Shown piece after piece: positions 39,337 through 52,831 of a stretch of DNA of 64,000 bases. Positions within the stretch are counted from its first letter, which is position 1, and each line of letters starts with the position of its first letter. The position numbers and the translations under genes are program-made. This DNA is from Eledone cirrhosa (Eukaryota): assembly GCA_964016885.1 (NCBI GenBank), contig OZ024741.1, forward strand, positions 142,910,001 to 142,974,000. Direction: 5' to 3'. The notes below the pieces were generated by a model. That model saw nothing but the letters and a program-made list of their open reading frames with translations, ran no database searches and was not told the DNA's origin.

Positions 39337-42300
39337 TATGCACAATAAATTGTGGCCCCAAAATATCAACTGATCTAGCAGTAGCCACTATGAAGCTGTG
39401 TGCCATACAACCTTCCAAAAAATGTTAACTAACTTTCAAGACTATCTTAACACTTAACCTGTAATGATTTAGTAGAAAATATTTTAAAATTGATTTGTTA
39501 ATTCAAATATTTATATCTTTACTAGTCGATAGATCATTCCGAAAATTTTCAGGATTACAGTAAGGCTAATTTTTTGTGATGCAGTCATAGTGTTTTGTAC
39601 TTTTCAAGAATGTCTGAATCAAAACATTAAAAACCATCAATTATTAAAATAATAAAAGACAGTAAATATAATAGTACTTTTTTCTTAATCTAGTATATTA
39701 ATAAGTATAATTTGGTAGATAGAAATAATGTGGAAGTCCACCATGCATGCTTATACAGCTGCTGACACTTGTTAATTCCTCCACATCATGGAATTAAATA
39801 TCATACTTGAAGTAAGGATTGCATCAATAAGTGTATCCTGTTGTAGAACACGGCCTCAAAAATGTCCAACTACTGCCAGCATGGAAAAGCAGACTCAGAG
39901 ATGAGCCCTCGTCTCATGAATTCTGTTGTTAGCATTAGAAGATTTATAAAAACACTTCATTTGTAAGCATGTACAGATTTATCACACCACATAATTCATC
40001 ACTGCATGTTAGTTGGTGCAGTATGATTCTCAGCTGGGTGACAACAGTACACCTGAAGAACAGATCTAGGGGCATATAACTAAATTGACTATCCGCTTGC
40101 CAAAAGGTTTGCTCCATCATCAGTCAACTGGGACTACCCAACAAGTAAACATCTTTTTGGTGCTCCCCTTCTCCAATTTCCTTCTACACTCATTTCCATC
40201 ACCCTTCTCACCCAGCCACTTTCGTCCTCCCTCAAGACATAACCCAACCATTTCATCTTTTCACAACATTCATCACTAACCATTACCATCATCCTCTGTA
40301 ACTCATGAATTACTCTCCAGCTAGGAACTTCTAATTAGCACTCCTTCCTGGCACAAAGTTAAACAGTATCTCATCTAATTTAATTAGTTGTGCTCACACT
40401 CAATTACATTCATATGTCTCTGTACTTTCTCCTTTTTAGACTATCACCTTTTCCCTTGTAATAATCATTGTACTACTATGCCAATCATTGGCTATGACAC
40501 TATGTATTATCTGATTGACTATGCAAGTCCTACTTCAGATATTTTCAGCATCTCAACAACTATCAGTCGGTCTAGCAGTTTTACCATTTATCATCTTGAT
40601 TGCTTCTTTGCCCTTACAGCTGTCAACTTCGATAGACTATCTTCCTTCCACGCATTCCCTACTCTTCACCAACCTTCCATAATATTTCCAAGATTCTGAT
40701 CATCAGCTAAGTGCATCAGTGTCATTCTGAACACACATTTCCATAACCACCTGATTCATACTGATGCATTCTGTTGCAATGCTGACCACCTCAGACCTTT
40801 GATCCTCATGATGCAGGACATAGGCAAACTTCCTGCTCTCAATTTTACATGCTATGTGAACCTATCATTTAACTTCTTTAGCTAATTCACAATCAATCAC
40901 ATTCGCCTGAATCTGGAATCGATAGCTCCTCAGATGCATGGATCTTCTAGTCTAAGAGTGGAATGTTATCTGTGCCACCCTATTTTGTATATATGTACAT
41001 AGCACTGCTATTTCTGTCAGTTGTATCAGCAGTCATTATTTAAAATCCCGCCGAGGTTAACTTTGCCTTTCATCCTTACGGGGTCGATAAAATAAAGTAC
41101 CAGTAATGCACTGGGTTTTGCTGGCCTTGTGCCAAAAGTGGAAACAATTATTTAAAGTTCATATATTGTGGGTAGAGTGGGATGTTAGATATCAGAGACA
41201 ATAACATCAACAAATACTATCAGGTACAGATTAGATAAATAAATAGGTGGATGGATAATGGGTAGTTTACATAAAAGGTTATAAAATAAATGAAGGAACA
41301 TGAGGAAAGAATTAAGGAACCACAAAAATTATGAAAAAAACTAAGTAAAATTTGCTCAAGGTGCCATGCAGTGGAATCAAAACTGAAACTGTGTAGTTGC
41401 AGAGCAAGCTTCTTTAAAATTCAGCCATGCCTGTGTCTCACAGCCAACTTCAAACTTCTGTAATTCACCCAAACATACAAATAAGATATGTAAGGTGCAA
41501 CTTAAGACAGCCATAGAAGCAATTAATTATGAAATATTGAAAACCAAACATTAATGTACAAATATCTTAAAAATCATAATATCCAACAAGTGTAACATTT
41601 CTAGCAAAAATGTCTAGAACCGCTGTAAAATAAACCAATATAGTAGATCATACAGTTAATATGTTGTACAACACTATAACACTTGTTGACTGAGACTTCA
41701 ATAGTTAAACTGTTTAACAAATGACCTCTTTTGAGAGATCATTTATTGAAACAGTTATATAGAAATCATCACCACCATGTTATGTCAGCTTTCCTTGTTA
41801 GCAAGCGTTAACAGGTTGTCAGCAGAGGTACTGAGCCTACAGTAGACTGGGAGCCTCCATCCTGTTTACATATGCTCTGTCATGTCTTTGGTACAGGTAA
41901 GAAGTTCTTTCCATCCTTTGTTGTGCCCTTCATATCACCAACCACTTTACATAGTGTACTTAGAAGAGAATAGGTTCCTGATAACAAGCAATCTGGCAAT
42001 AATGGAAACAATTATTTTGAAAGTAGAAACAATAATTGTTTCTACCTTTGGTACAAGGCCAGCAATTACCCAGTGTATTACTGGTACTTTATTTTATCGA
42101 CCCCGTAAGGATGAAAGTAGAAACAATAATGTGCTACTGATCACAACGTCATGAGTTCAAACACCAGCCAGTGTCATGTTTTTCAGTAAGATATATAAAC
42201 TCTCTCTTCAGGTTTACCGTGCTTATCTTTGTCTTTTTCCATGCTGTTTTACTGATGCCAACCACATTTGTCTCCTCTTACAACATGCAGACTGTAATTA

Positions 42301-43639
42301 TTGTAAAAACTGGGATATGGATAGTATGCTGAGCATCCTAGTTCACTAACAATTACTAAGATCACCAAAGGGAAAAGAACTTGCCACAATAATTCCAATT
42401 AACAAAAATTATCAAATCATCCCACCTTTACTGACAATGGAAAACAAAAACATTGGAAATTATGTTCATGACCTGAATACTTATTTCACAGAATTTATTT
42501 CACTTAAGTGCAGGATAAATTATAATTGTAGTGATAACCAAGCACACCCAAAGAATCACAAAGCTAGGAGTTGCTTGCCTCTTGTTTAAATCCTTTTACC
42601 CAAATATTTGGTGAATGAATCAATTTAACAGTTGAGGCTAAATACTTTTAGCAGAAAAGTCTAATAAATATATAATAAACCAAGACAAAGGTATTGCAGT
42701 ACTCGATTACATGCCTCACAACATTTGTTGACCACGCTCAGAGTCAAATCTCCCCATGGTCAACTTACATTGCATTTTTTCGGGGGTCAAGTAAAACACC
42801 AGACCAGGGCAGTGGATTAACAAAATTGTTAGAGCATCAAATATAATGCCTTGCATTTTAGTTCTGAATGTGCCTGTGACATCACTGGTGCTAAGCTATA
42901 TTGGGCCCTGCCTTTCTGTTGGACAACATTGGTTGTGTGAAATGGGGAAACTTTTATGCATGGGTGATTGCTGGTGTTCCTTAATAATAATAAACACCCA
43001 AGCCTGTGCCTTGGAGAGGGACTTTCCTTCTGGGTGCAGATCCTTGTTCTCAAGACATATGGAAGTCCCATATATGTAATTAATCATAACATTTTATACA
43101 CATTCTTACAAGAAACATGAATTTTCCTACACACACAAATCCAATGGGTCTAATATAGAATACTCCCATTAGTCTAATCCCATGTCTTATTTAATTCAGT
43201 ATTTTATTTACCATTCCCCTCACATCATCCTTGGCCTGCCTATACACTGATTCAAAACTGATGAACTCTGATGTAGAGTGGTAATAGAACAAGACTATTG
43301 ATGATTGACAAAGACTAAACCTTATTTCACAAGGTAGGTTCTGTGGAATAATATATTGACAAAAGTTTATGCTTTTATTCTTAGATATAGGAGTCCCAAA
43401 CAAAAAAAAACTAGCCACAGTCAATTGCTATAAACAGTAGCTTAGAAAATAGGGTACAGTACCCCAGTAGACAGAAAAAGTGGCCAGCAGCTGCTACAAA
43501 CAATCAAACTCCATACCTTTTATTCCATCTATAGAATACTAAGCTATTGTTTATGATAATCGGCTGTTTCAACAGTTATTTTCTTTGTTTGGGATTCCTA
43601 CATTTAAGAATTTCAAATCTAACCAGCACTTTGATACTT

Positions 43640-44720
43640 TATATCTGAGGGCTGTGCATGCCATGTATAAAGGAGCAACCAGCAGGGTAAGGGGTGGGAG
43701 TACAGTGATGAATTTGAAGTGCATGTGAGTGTCCACCAGGGATCAGTTCTCAGTCCCTCCTGTTTATCATTGTCTTTCAGGCCATCACTAAGGAGCTTAA
43801 AACTGGCATTCCATGGGAGCTCTTGTATGCTTATGACCTAGTATTTATAATTGAATCCATAGGAGAGTCAGACACAAAATTTCAAATATGGAAGAACCTA
43901 AAGTTGAAAGGCTTAAAACTAAACTTAAAGACGAAAGTATTAATATGTAGGATAGAAGGCAAGAGGATGATACCATTAAGGAAATGGCCTTGTTTGATAA
44001 GTCAGAAACAGGTGGGCAGAAATTCAAGGTGCACACAATTCAATCTATGGATACACAAGAGTTGCAGCAGAACTGCAGACAGATTAATGGAAAAGATAGA
44101 CTTTGTATATAGCAGATGCACAAGAGAAGTAAGCAGTAAGAACTCACGTGAAGCAGATTCCTTCAGCTGCGAGAGAGGCTTAGTTATCAACAGCTTTTGT
44201 TACTTAGGCAATGAAATTAGCAGTCGGGGAGGATGCACTGATAACTGGGATCAGAACAGGTTGATACCTCTGATGACAACAAAGGGCTTCTCACTCAGAG
44301 TGAAGGGTAGACTGTATGATGCCTGTGTGCAAACTGCAATGCTAGGTGGCAGCGAAACTTGAGCCTTAACCGCAGAAGACCTGCGAAGGCTGGAAAAAAA
44401 TGAAAAGAGTATGCTCCAATGGATGTGTAATGTTAGTGTGCATAAACAAAGTAGCATAAGTGAACTGAGAGGAAACCTTGGCATAAGAGGAACTGGTGTA
44501 ATGTGCAAGAAAAATTGCGTTGGTATGGGCATGTGACGTGTATGGAGGATAGCAACTGCATAAAGAAATGCAGAGCAATCCCAGTGGCTGTGGCACAAGG
44601 AAAAGGCAGAACCAGGAAGACATAGGATAAGGTAGTGAAGAGCAACTTTAAGAAACTAAGACTTACAACTAAGATAAAGGATCATGAGCGCTGCCGCTAT
44701 GCTGTGATGATGAAGGCCCA
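43640..44720 (+). mobile_element. RTE-like LINE 3' fragment
   Basis: VHQGSVLSP; LYAYDLV; KGRLYDACVQTAMLGGSET; LRWYGHV. Confidence 0.85.
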
Positions 44721-47512
44721 ACCACAAGCAATAAGACCCGAGCCATCCATGAGCCCCTCCCCTTCCTTCCCAACCATCTACCCTCACCACCCATGCCCCC
44801 TTCAGAACCACTCCTTAACTAAACCCCCCCCCCCCCCCCCCCCCGAAGCCCTTAGATACCATCACCATTGCACGCTAGTAGCTACTCGCTACCCTTTGTT
44901 CACCCCTCCAGATGTAAAATGTAAGCCCCATTTCAAACTGCTCATTAAGTATTTTAGCAATCAATGTGATTTATGTGTAGACTACATGTATGGAAAACTG
45001 ACATTAAATGATGTACAGTATACATTGATATATAGGTCACATTTTTTACCTCGAAAATACATGAATAACCAGTGTGTCTTACCTACCAAACCTACAAGAA
45101 CTCTAATACGAAAAGTAAATACAGCAAGAGACTGGATAGTACATGGAATGGCAAGGTACCTTTAGCCTGCAGTGAATGAGATAATCTATAGTGTTAGTTA
45201 CCATGATAAAATCCATCTAGTATGGTCTGTAAAGTTGTTAGTGCTGGTGCCACTATAAAATGCACCCAATACACTCAAAAGAGGTTGGCATTAGGAAGGG
45301 CACCCAGCCATAAAAACCATACTAAATACAAAACGTTAAAAGTCAAGACGTGCTTTAACAATAGCAGGATTACCGTCGGTGATGGCGAAGCTAAGGCGCT
45401 GGAACAACCAAGCACCCTCACGGCATCACTTGACACCTTGGTATGGCGAGCCGCCAATAAGAACTTCCATCTCCCTCGGTCCAAACGTCTCGAACGCCAC
45501 ATATACATTTCTTACAAATAACAAAACAAGAGCCTAAAGCGAGTAGTCCATTAAAAACCGCATCCCAGGCCAACTGTCCCCCAACACGCACACACCTGGT
45601 CTATATACATATACACACAACCTGATCTAGTCTTATTATTGGAGTTAACTCTTAGATGTTACTCATGTAGTTTGGTAAACCATCGAAATTTCCTATCTGT
45701 TCCTATGTAGCCTCAATATTTCACAAACACGTTTATTCCACACAGAGCACGAATGAACATACAAAAAGAAAAATCTTATAAAAATAAATTTTATCATTTT
45801 TACCAATATTTGTGGCTCGTTTTTGAAAATATCCCTCATCTGTTACTTTCGCAAATAAGTGACTAAACTTTCTTTGCTTTATGACGCGTTCAAATATCCC
45901 AGACGCCTCACAAACCAGTGAACAGTCCACATAAGCATGGAGGTGGGAAATACTCCTTTTAACATATTTTTTAGACCATAATGTCGAATTAATAAGGAAT
46001 AATGTTTAATTCATTCAAATTCTGAATTTTTTTAAATTGTCGAAACATGAAAAAAAATAAAAGGAAAAAACTATATTCTTCAAATATCTTTTAGCAACAG
46101 AGCGTTCGATTAACAGCAACATTTTCAGTGTTCAAACCCCAACGATCTCCCCTCTTTATACACACATGTATACGATAAGTAAACGGATAAACAACACAGC
46201 AAAACGACACACACACATACAAACGCGAGGAATAACCGAAACGAAATAAAAGCAAATATATTGCAAAACACTTATGAAACAAAAAGGAGAAAATAACGGT
46301 ACATTGTATAGTCTGTTGTAACAATTTCTACTCAAGACTAATCAAACTACAATGGTTTATAACCTTTTTGTTATATTTCTAATAAACGACACTGCCTATC
46401 ATTTTCAAATAATTAAGAATTCGGAGGGCTTTAGTAAGGTAACTTTCTCATAAGTAAACGAATTTAGAGAAAGGTTCTTACATAAAATTACGATTAAAGT
46501 TTTTCTTAGACATAAACAAACAGTGATGGAAATGGGCTTAAGAAACTAGGGGTACGCTAATGCCTGTAAGGTTGAGAAAGGAGGGCGTCTAACCCACCCA
46601 TACCAAGAGTAGGAATTTAACCCCCACCTCTCAAACGGACCCCATATTTTCATCAATGAATATAACTGATGACTAGACAGAAGACAAGCAATTTCAACAT
46701 TTTCTAATATGAGGAAAATATTCAACTGTTGTTCACATTCCTTACAATGTGTAGCCCCGTTTGTTTTCCAATAGGTAGAAAATATTCATAGAACAAAATA
46801 TTGATTCTAGATATTTTAAAATAAGATGAATTTTTGTAAAGAATTTTTTTATTAATGGCATGGCTATATAGGCTCAGTTTAAAAAAAAAAAAATTTTAGG
46901 CACAAGGCCAGCAAATTTGACCTCGACAGGATTTGAACTCAATGTAAATCGGCAGATCAAATACCATAATAGCATTTTATCCGATGCTCTACCAACTCTG
47001 TAATCAAATTACATCAAATAAGACGCATTTGTAAATAGAAGTTTGTTTTTTTTAAAATTAATTCTCGACAAAACTAAAGAGTGTATAAATTTAGTTTCAA
47101 GAAATTTTCCAAATATCTATTGTAGAGAAGCAGCTACTGCCTTGACATACATGTGTACACACACACCTTAAAGTGTACAGTGGACCAAAAGACTGAGCGA
47201 AATCAGGGTTCGAATAAGTAATCCTGTTTACATATAAACACATCAGGCGATACATTGAATTTGTGTGCCTCAAAAGAAACAAACAGTTAACTTCCTGCTC
47301 CAGTTCTGGTTTTTCCAGGTATTATTCAACCTTTCAATCAACCATAAACACAGACGCAGAGTTAAATTAAAAAAAATGTTAACCCCTTTCCCTTGAATTT
47401 TGAGGACGTTCGCCAATCAACTCGCCCATCTCGATACACAAAAGCAGTCATGTTCTGCCATACAATGTTTTCTCTCGATGTAAACAAACATTCACACAGG
47501 GAGACAAACTTG

Positions 47513-47736
47513 TTTATACAAGCATCATTAAAGGGGGTATAATTGGGGGACTGGAATAAAAATCAAATATTCCAGAGAACTTCTCTAGCTATGTGTCTAA
47601 TCTTGTTACTTCGCTACTCATGTCCTGGTGTTAATGGTGCGTTTCCAGAAAATTCCTTTCCATCAATTAACTAACGTCATCGGGTAGTATTTGGAAAACA
47701 CTGATTTTATAGTGTATTGACGGAAAATTCTGGAAG
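47513..47736 (-). promoter_or_regulatory. Two perfect 3-unit heat-shock elements plus a minus-strand TATAAA
   Basis: tTTCcaGAAaaTTCc at 47642-47656; gGAAaaTTCtgGAAg at 47722-47736; TTTATA at 47513-47518; host gene is an Hsp40. Confidence 0.65.
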
Positions 47737-48228
47737 TGGTTAAACAAAATAAACTGAGACATTACAGAAAAGTGGGTAATCGTGAGTTGTGGCAGAATTA
47801 AAACCTATACAGGCAGTTGGCGGCTCATTTGCCTCGCTAAACTCAGCATTTGTAAACAAGATCCTGTTAACTATGAAATGTAGAATGGATTCGTGTAAGA
47901 TATACCTATTAACGATTGCTTTTATGTTGTTTTACGAAGCCCAGGGTCCAGTTTTAGGTGGCGAGGTTAGTTGAGTCATTCTACTCGATATATTACTACT
48001 TATTCTATGCCCTTAAAAAGGAATTAAACTCAACCTCGATGAGATTTGAACACATTGAAGGATAAAATCCATTTCTATCATATTTTCGCTTAAATACACA
48101 CAAATATTAGATTTCTAACTTCAGCATGAGAACAGAAATTTGTATGAAACGGGTGAGTCCTAAACTGAACCAAAACCAATAGTTCTAATTACTATTTTAT
48201 CGACCCGGAAGGGTGTATATATATATAT

Positions 48229-48310
48229 TACTTTCGTATTCTTTGTTAGCTATATGTGTGAGTGTGTGTATATATATATACATACATCGCTAACAAAGAA
48301 TACGAAAGTA
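48229..48310. repeat. Perfect 22-bp inverted repeat around a TG/TA microsatellite
   Basis: tactttcgtattctttgttagc / gctaacaaagaatacgaaagta; 38-nt spacer. Confidence 0.92.
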
Positions 48311-49701
48311 TGATAAAAGAAGAAAAAAATCCTTAAGAAATGGATGATAAATATTTCTGTGGACATATCCAGAGTTGGAAGTTTTGGTTTAATCATCTTC
48401 CTGATAATACTCGAATGAAAAGCTTTAATGCAAAATGTAATAAGGAAGCAAGCCCACAGCTATATAAGTCACTGCTATCTCCGCCATCAAATCCATAAAT
48501 TATATTTCGATTTATAAATGCTGTGTGTATTTTTTTATATTTTGTAAAAATAAATCAATTACAATATTTCGTTGACAAATTACACAGAAAAACATATATA
48601 CATTATATATATATATATAATAAAGAGAGAAGGATCTAAAACAATAATTAATCTAAATGGTCTTCAAAAATCTGCTTGTACATCTTTATAAATCTCGATA
48701 TACGAGACAATCCAAATAGTATAAATGCATTGCATCTGTGTGTATATACACATTATATATATATATTATATCTAGAGACAGAACAAATACATTGCGTATA
48801 AAGACATGCTTCAGCATGTCTTAAGTCAATGATTAAAACTAAATTAAACGTATTTCAGTGCGTGTATATATAAATATATGTTAGTGGTTTGCGTATAGAC
48901 ACATACGTAATAATTCCATCCAATTTTTCCACTATAATAAACACACACAGGCCTAGCTAATATGTAATACAAACGAACACGACAGGATGATTATATATAT
49001 ACACACACACACACAATGATTTCTAATAAAAAGAGATGTGATGAACGTACTGTAACAGAACACTGCAGTTAGCGAATCCATTACAGTTTTAATCACAAGG
49101 AAGCAAGCAAGTATATGTATGTATATATACACACACACATTATATATATATATATATATATGGCGAGTATGACTGAACAGACAAAAACATCTCCGAAATA
49201 TGTGTGTGTATACACACAAACAGATAATGTAAACATGCATAAAAGAAAACGATTATATATGTGAAGGCACAAATATAGAATATATACAAAAATGGATGTT
49301 GCACCTATATATATAAATGGCGAATTTATACATACATATACATATATATAGATGGTATAACTATATATCCAAATGACGAATAAGCAGAGAGAAATGGATA
49401 TATGTGTGTATATAGATATTTATTTGTTATGTGTATATGTATGTGTATATATATATATATATATATATAGCGCATACACACACACACAAATATCTAGCTG
49501 GATAAATATACATATATACAGACGGTATACACTAGATACATATAATTTAGTGAAGAAAGATAGCTATATGTATACAAATGGAGGGTAAATTAGAGCACTG
49601 AACTTTCGAGATAATTCACATAAGCCAGTGCTTGCTTGTTATATTTATATATGACAGAAAAAGAAACCGAATGTTACATCCAACATAGATGGCTGACTTA
49701 C

Positions 49702-49900
49702 CTCACAGAGAAAAGGGGGGGAAAACACAAAAATGTGGCTAAACTAAAGAAGAGGAATTTGTGAGTGCCACTTGAGTTTGCTAAATACTGCTTGACCAAT
49801 TTCTTCTCCGTTCTTATACTGATCCAAATGTCTGACAGCAGCAGATACAAGGACTGCACAAAATTTTCCCAGCCTGCACCGCTCTCTACACACGTCTTCC
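49702..49900 (-). other. DNAJB6: Probable non-coding first exon of DNAJB6 (TSS uncertain, may lie up to ~50250)
   Basis: Perfect donor GAG|gtaagtc at 49701; unique sequence next to the CLP1 promoter; the first coding exon has an acceptor, so an upstream exon is required. Confidence 0.6.
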
Positions 49901-50512
49901 TTGTTCGTTTGATAATTGTTGTTGTGCTTGCTTATTGTTTTGCTTGTTTGATTTTTTTTTGTTGTGGTGTTTTTACGTTTGCTTACTATTTTCTTGTTTG
50001 TTTATTTTGTTGTAGTGGTATTTTTTTTATTACGTTTGCTTATTGTTTTCTTGGCTGTTCTTGTGGGTTTTTTTACGTTTCCTTCGTTTTCTAGCAGTTT
50101 TAAGTGAATTAATCCGAAGAAGCATAAATGCTTAATCAAACATCTGATAATTTGATTTTAATTTTTTTATTGAATAAACTAAAATAAATATAATTATTTG
50201 TCTGAATTCAATAAAAAGAAAGACAACAAAAACAAAATGAACATGTGTAATCTCGTTTACTTCCGTGATCGCGTTGTGATGTATTTTTGTATTGGTAATA
50301 GAGAGAGTTACTTTATTAAAATAATAACAATTACAATATAATTATTATTGGGGATTTATTAAAATGTATTTCCTGATATTTGTTTAATTTTTCTTTAAGG
50401 TTTATAAGAATTAAATATTTTTGTTTTGTTCGAAGGTGGGGGACCTGTGGTATTAGTTAATCTCGTTCACGTGAGAGTTATCAATAAAATAGATTACTGC
50501 TATCCAAGATGG
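49900..50512. promoter_or_regulatory. Putative bidirectional promoter shared by DNAJB6 and CLP1
   Basis: About 800 bp between the DNAJB6 first donor and the CLP1 ATG; ETS-like ACTTCCG at ~50259; E-box CACGTG at 50468; YY1-like CAAGATGG over the CLP1 ATG. Confidence 0.6.
49915..50085. repeat. Degenerate ~50-bp GT-rich tandem repeat (3 units) in the promoter/5'UTR region
   Basis: Recurrent (ttacgt)ttgcttaYtRttttcttg...ttgtgg. Confidence 0.65.
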
Positions 50513-50541
50513 AGGGAAGTTCAACTGAAAATAAAGAAGAG
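50509..50541 (+). CDS. CLP1: CLP1 exon 1 (MEGSSTENKEE)
   Basis: ccaagATGg context; donor GAG|gtttgt; phase 0 joins the next exon. Confidence 0.75.
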
Positions 50542-51059
50542 GTTTGTGAAATTAAATGATCGTTTTATTAAAAAAGTTTGACTCATTTCTAAAAAGCTAT
50601 AATACTGAAGTTATTTTAAAATCCTCAATTCACATTTAAATTAATAGTATATTTACAGTTACTACAGTAAACAAAAATGCAGTTTTGTGTCACGTGTTTC
50701 CAATGTGTATACACATACACGCATATATGTATATTATATCAACAATGATGGTCGTGGATTTAACTTTCTTCGTTACAAAACGACAATAACTTACTGGGCC
50801 TGTTAGATATAGGAGCCAAACCACACTTTACTTGGTTTATATATATAAAGGGAATGAAACATTGCATAAATGTAGTACCGGTTATACTACGTTCGTAAAT
50901 AGAAGGGATGGCTTTGATCATAGGGTTGTTCGGTTAAAATTGATAACATCAATTTAAACTTTTGGTACCTTGTTATAGAAAGCATGAGAAAAACTGATTT
51001 TGTTGATGTAGCCAATCGTTCTCGGAGAAACACTAAGGCCTTTTAATTATCCTTCGATT

Positions 51060-51497
51060 CTATTTTCTACATTACTAGGGAGTTAGAGACCATGGACAAT
51101 TGCACCAATGCTATCCACTGGCTCCTCTCCATCGCCATGACCGTGCACTCCTCCAGTGTTCTTCTTGTCCATTCCCTGATGTCATCATTCCACCGTCTCT
51201 TTGGTCTTCCTCACGATCTACTGCCATCGATGCGTCCCTGCAGGATGTGGGTGCAGGGGTTTTATAACTTTCGATTCCTAATAGTTGCGACCCTCTGCCT
51301 CTTCGTTACCACCTCCTTCAGAACCGACTCGTTAGTTTTGTGGTCAATCCAGCTGAGGCGCAGTATGTCACACGTTAAATCACAGATGCTTGGGATTAGA
51401 AGAATACAATTAAACGTTGTCTGGAAGAATCCAGCGATGAGTAATAGTCCACAGTCTTTCCCCGAGAACGATCAGCGACATGAACAAGACATCGCCA
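51060..51497 (-). mobile_element. RTE 3' fragment, internally deleted, probably 5'-inverted
   Basis: Minus strand: ILRLSWIDHKTNESVL...LQGRIDG..GRPKRRWNDDI; plus strand 51368-51497: LNVVWKN..., TVFP. Confidence 0.6.
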
Positions 51498-51843
51498 AAG
51501 TTATTTTTATTATTTTTTTTTCTTTTTGCCACTTCAGTCTATCGACACAAAACAGTAGCATATTGGCAGAAACAGTTTTTTTTTTCCATTTCATCTCAAC
51601 GTTCTGATTTCGAATTTCTCTGGAAGTTCTACTTCACCTTTGGTATAATCATCTACCTGTCATGTATTGAGGTTGAATTTGTTGATTACAAAGTCTACAA
51701 AATTACCATAATAGAAGTAAAACAGACTATAAGGAGATCACCATCCAATCATGAGTTAAATCAGGGATCTCAAACATTTGGCCCACATGCAGAACAATTT
51801 TCGTGACTAATATTTTCCTAAAACTTGGTAATTTATCCCTGTT

Positions 51844-52544
51844 TTAATATTTATAGCACAATGTATTGCAATTTACCCATGAAAAACAACAAAGACGGAG
51901 TAAAAGGTGGCTTTAAGTGTGACGTTTGGCGATGATATATGTGTGTGTTTATATATATATCCAGGGAGTATAACATGGAGTTAATGTAGGTTGAGCACTC
52001 AATGTTTAGGTTCACTTCTGTGTCGAGGTGTAGAGCTAGACAGAGTGTAGTATAATAAAATAAAACAAGGATGTGTCCCGCCGAGGTTAACTTTGCCTTT
52101 CATCCTTACGGGTTCGATAAAATAAAGTACCAGTAATGCACTGGGATAATTGCTGGCCTTGTGCCAAAAGTAGAAACAATTATATATATATATATATAAT
52201 AAAATAAAACAAGGACGAGTGGTAACCAGGTAAAAGGCGGTGGATTGGCAGTATCGGTAGAGGGTCGGACGCCATGCTTTCCTGCATAGTTACGTCCCTT
52301 TACGGTCTGAGTTCAAATCCCGCCGAGGTTAACTTTGCCTTTCATCCTGACGGGGTCGATAAAATAAGGTACCAGTAATGCACTGGATAATTTTTGGCCT
52401 TGTGCCAAAAGTAGAAACAATTATATATATATATAAACACACACATATATCATCATCGCCAAACGTCACACTTAAAGCCACCTCTTGCTCGGTCTTTGTT
52501 GTTTTTCATGGGTAAATTGCAATAAATTGTGCTATAAATATTAA
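51844..52544. repeat. ~120-bp inverted repeat with ~460-bp spacer
   Basis: Arms 51844-51960 and 52422-52544; about 4 mismatches and one 3-bp indel. Confidence 0.92.
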
Positions 52545-52831
52545 TATATATATATATAAAATTTAATATCATCAGGAAAGATGATTTTCTTTGAATGAAA
52601 CAGTTCTAGTCCTGTAGAAGCCATTTCTATATTAAATTTGTTGTATACACAATTATTTACTGTGGTTACCCCACCCCCATATATATATATATACATATAT
52701 AATGTTCATGTTGATAATTCACTTTTGCTTATGTGTATTTGTTCAGATATTTACACACACACAATGTTTACTCATGTAAGGTAAATATGTAATCAAGGTC
52801 TTAATAAATTTTTTTGTTTTCATTTTTCAAG

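Noticed and set aside
44635-45165. 176-aa proline-rich ORF
   Set aside because: Chance read-through of an RTE tail and a poly-C run; no recognisable domain or splice support
51092-51607. 171-aa ORF in CLP1 intron 1 (also 33281-33745 and 10520-11143)
   Set aside because: Antisense or chimeric frames across retroelement fragments, or no recognisable homology
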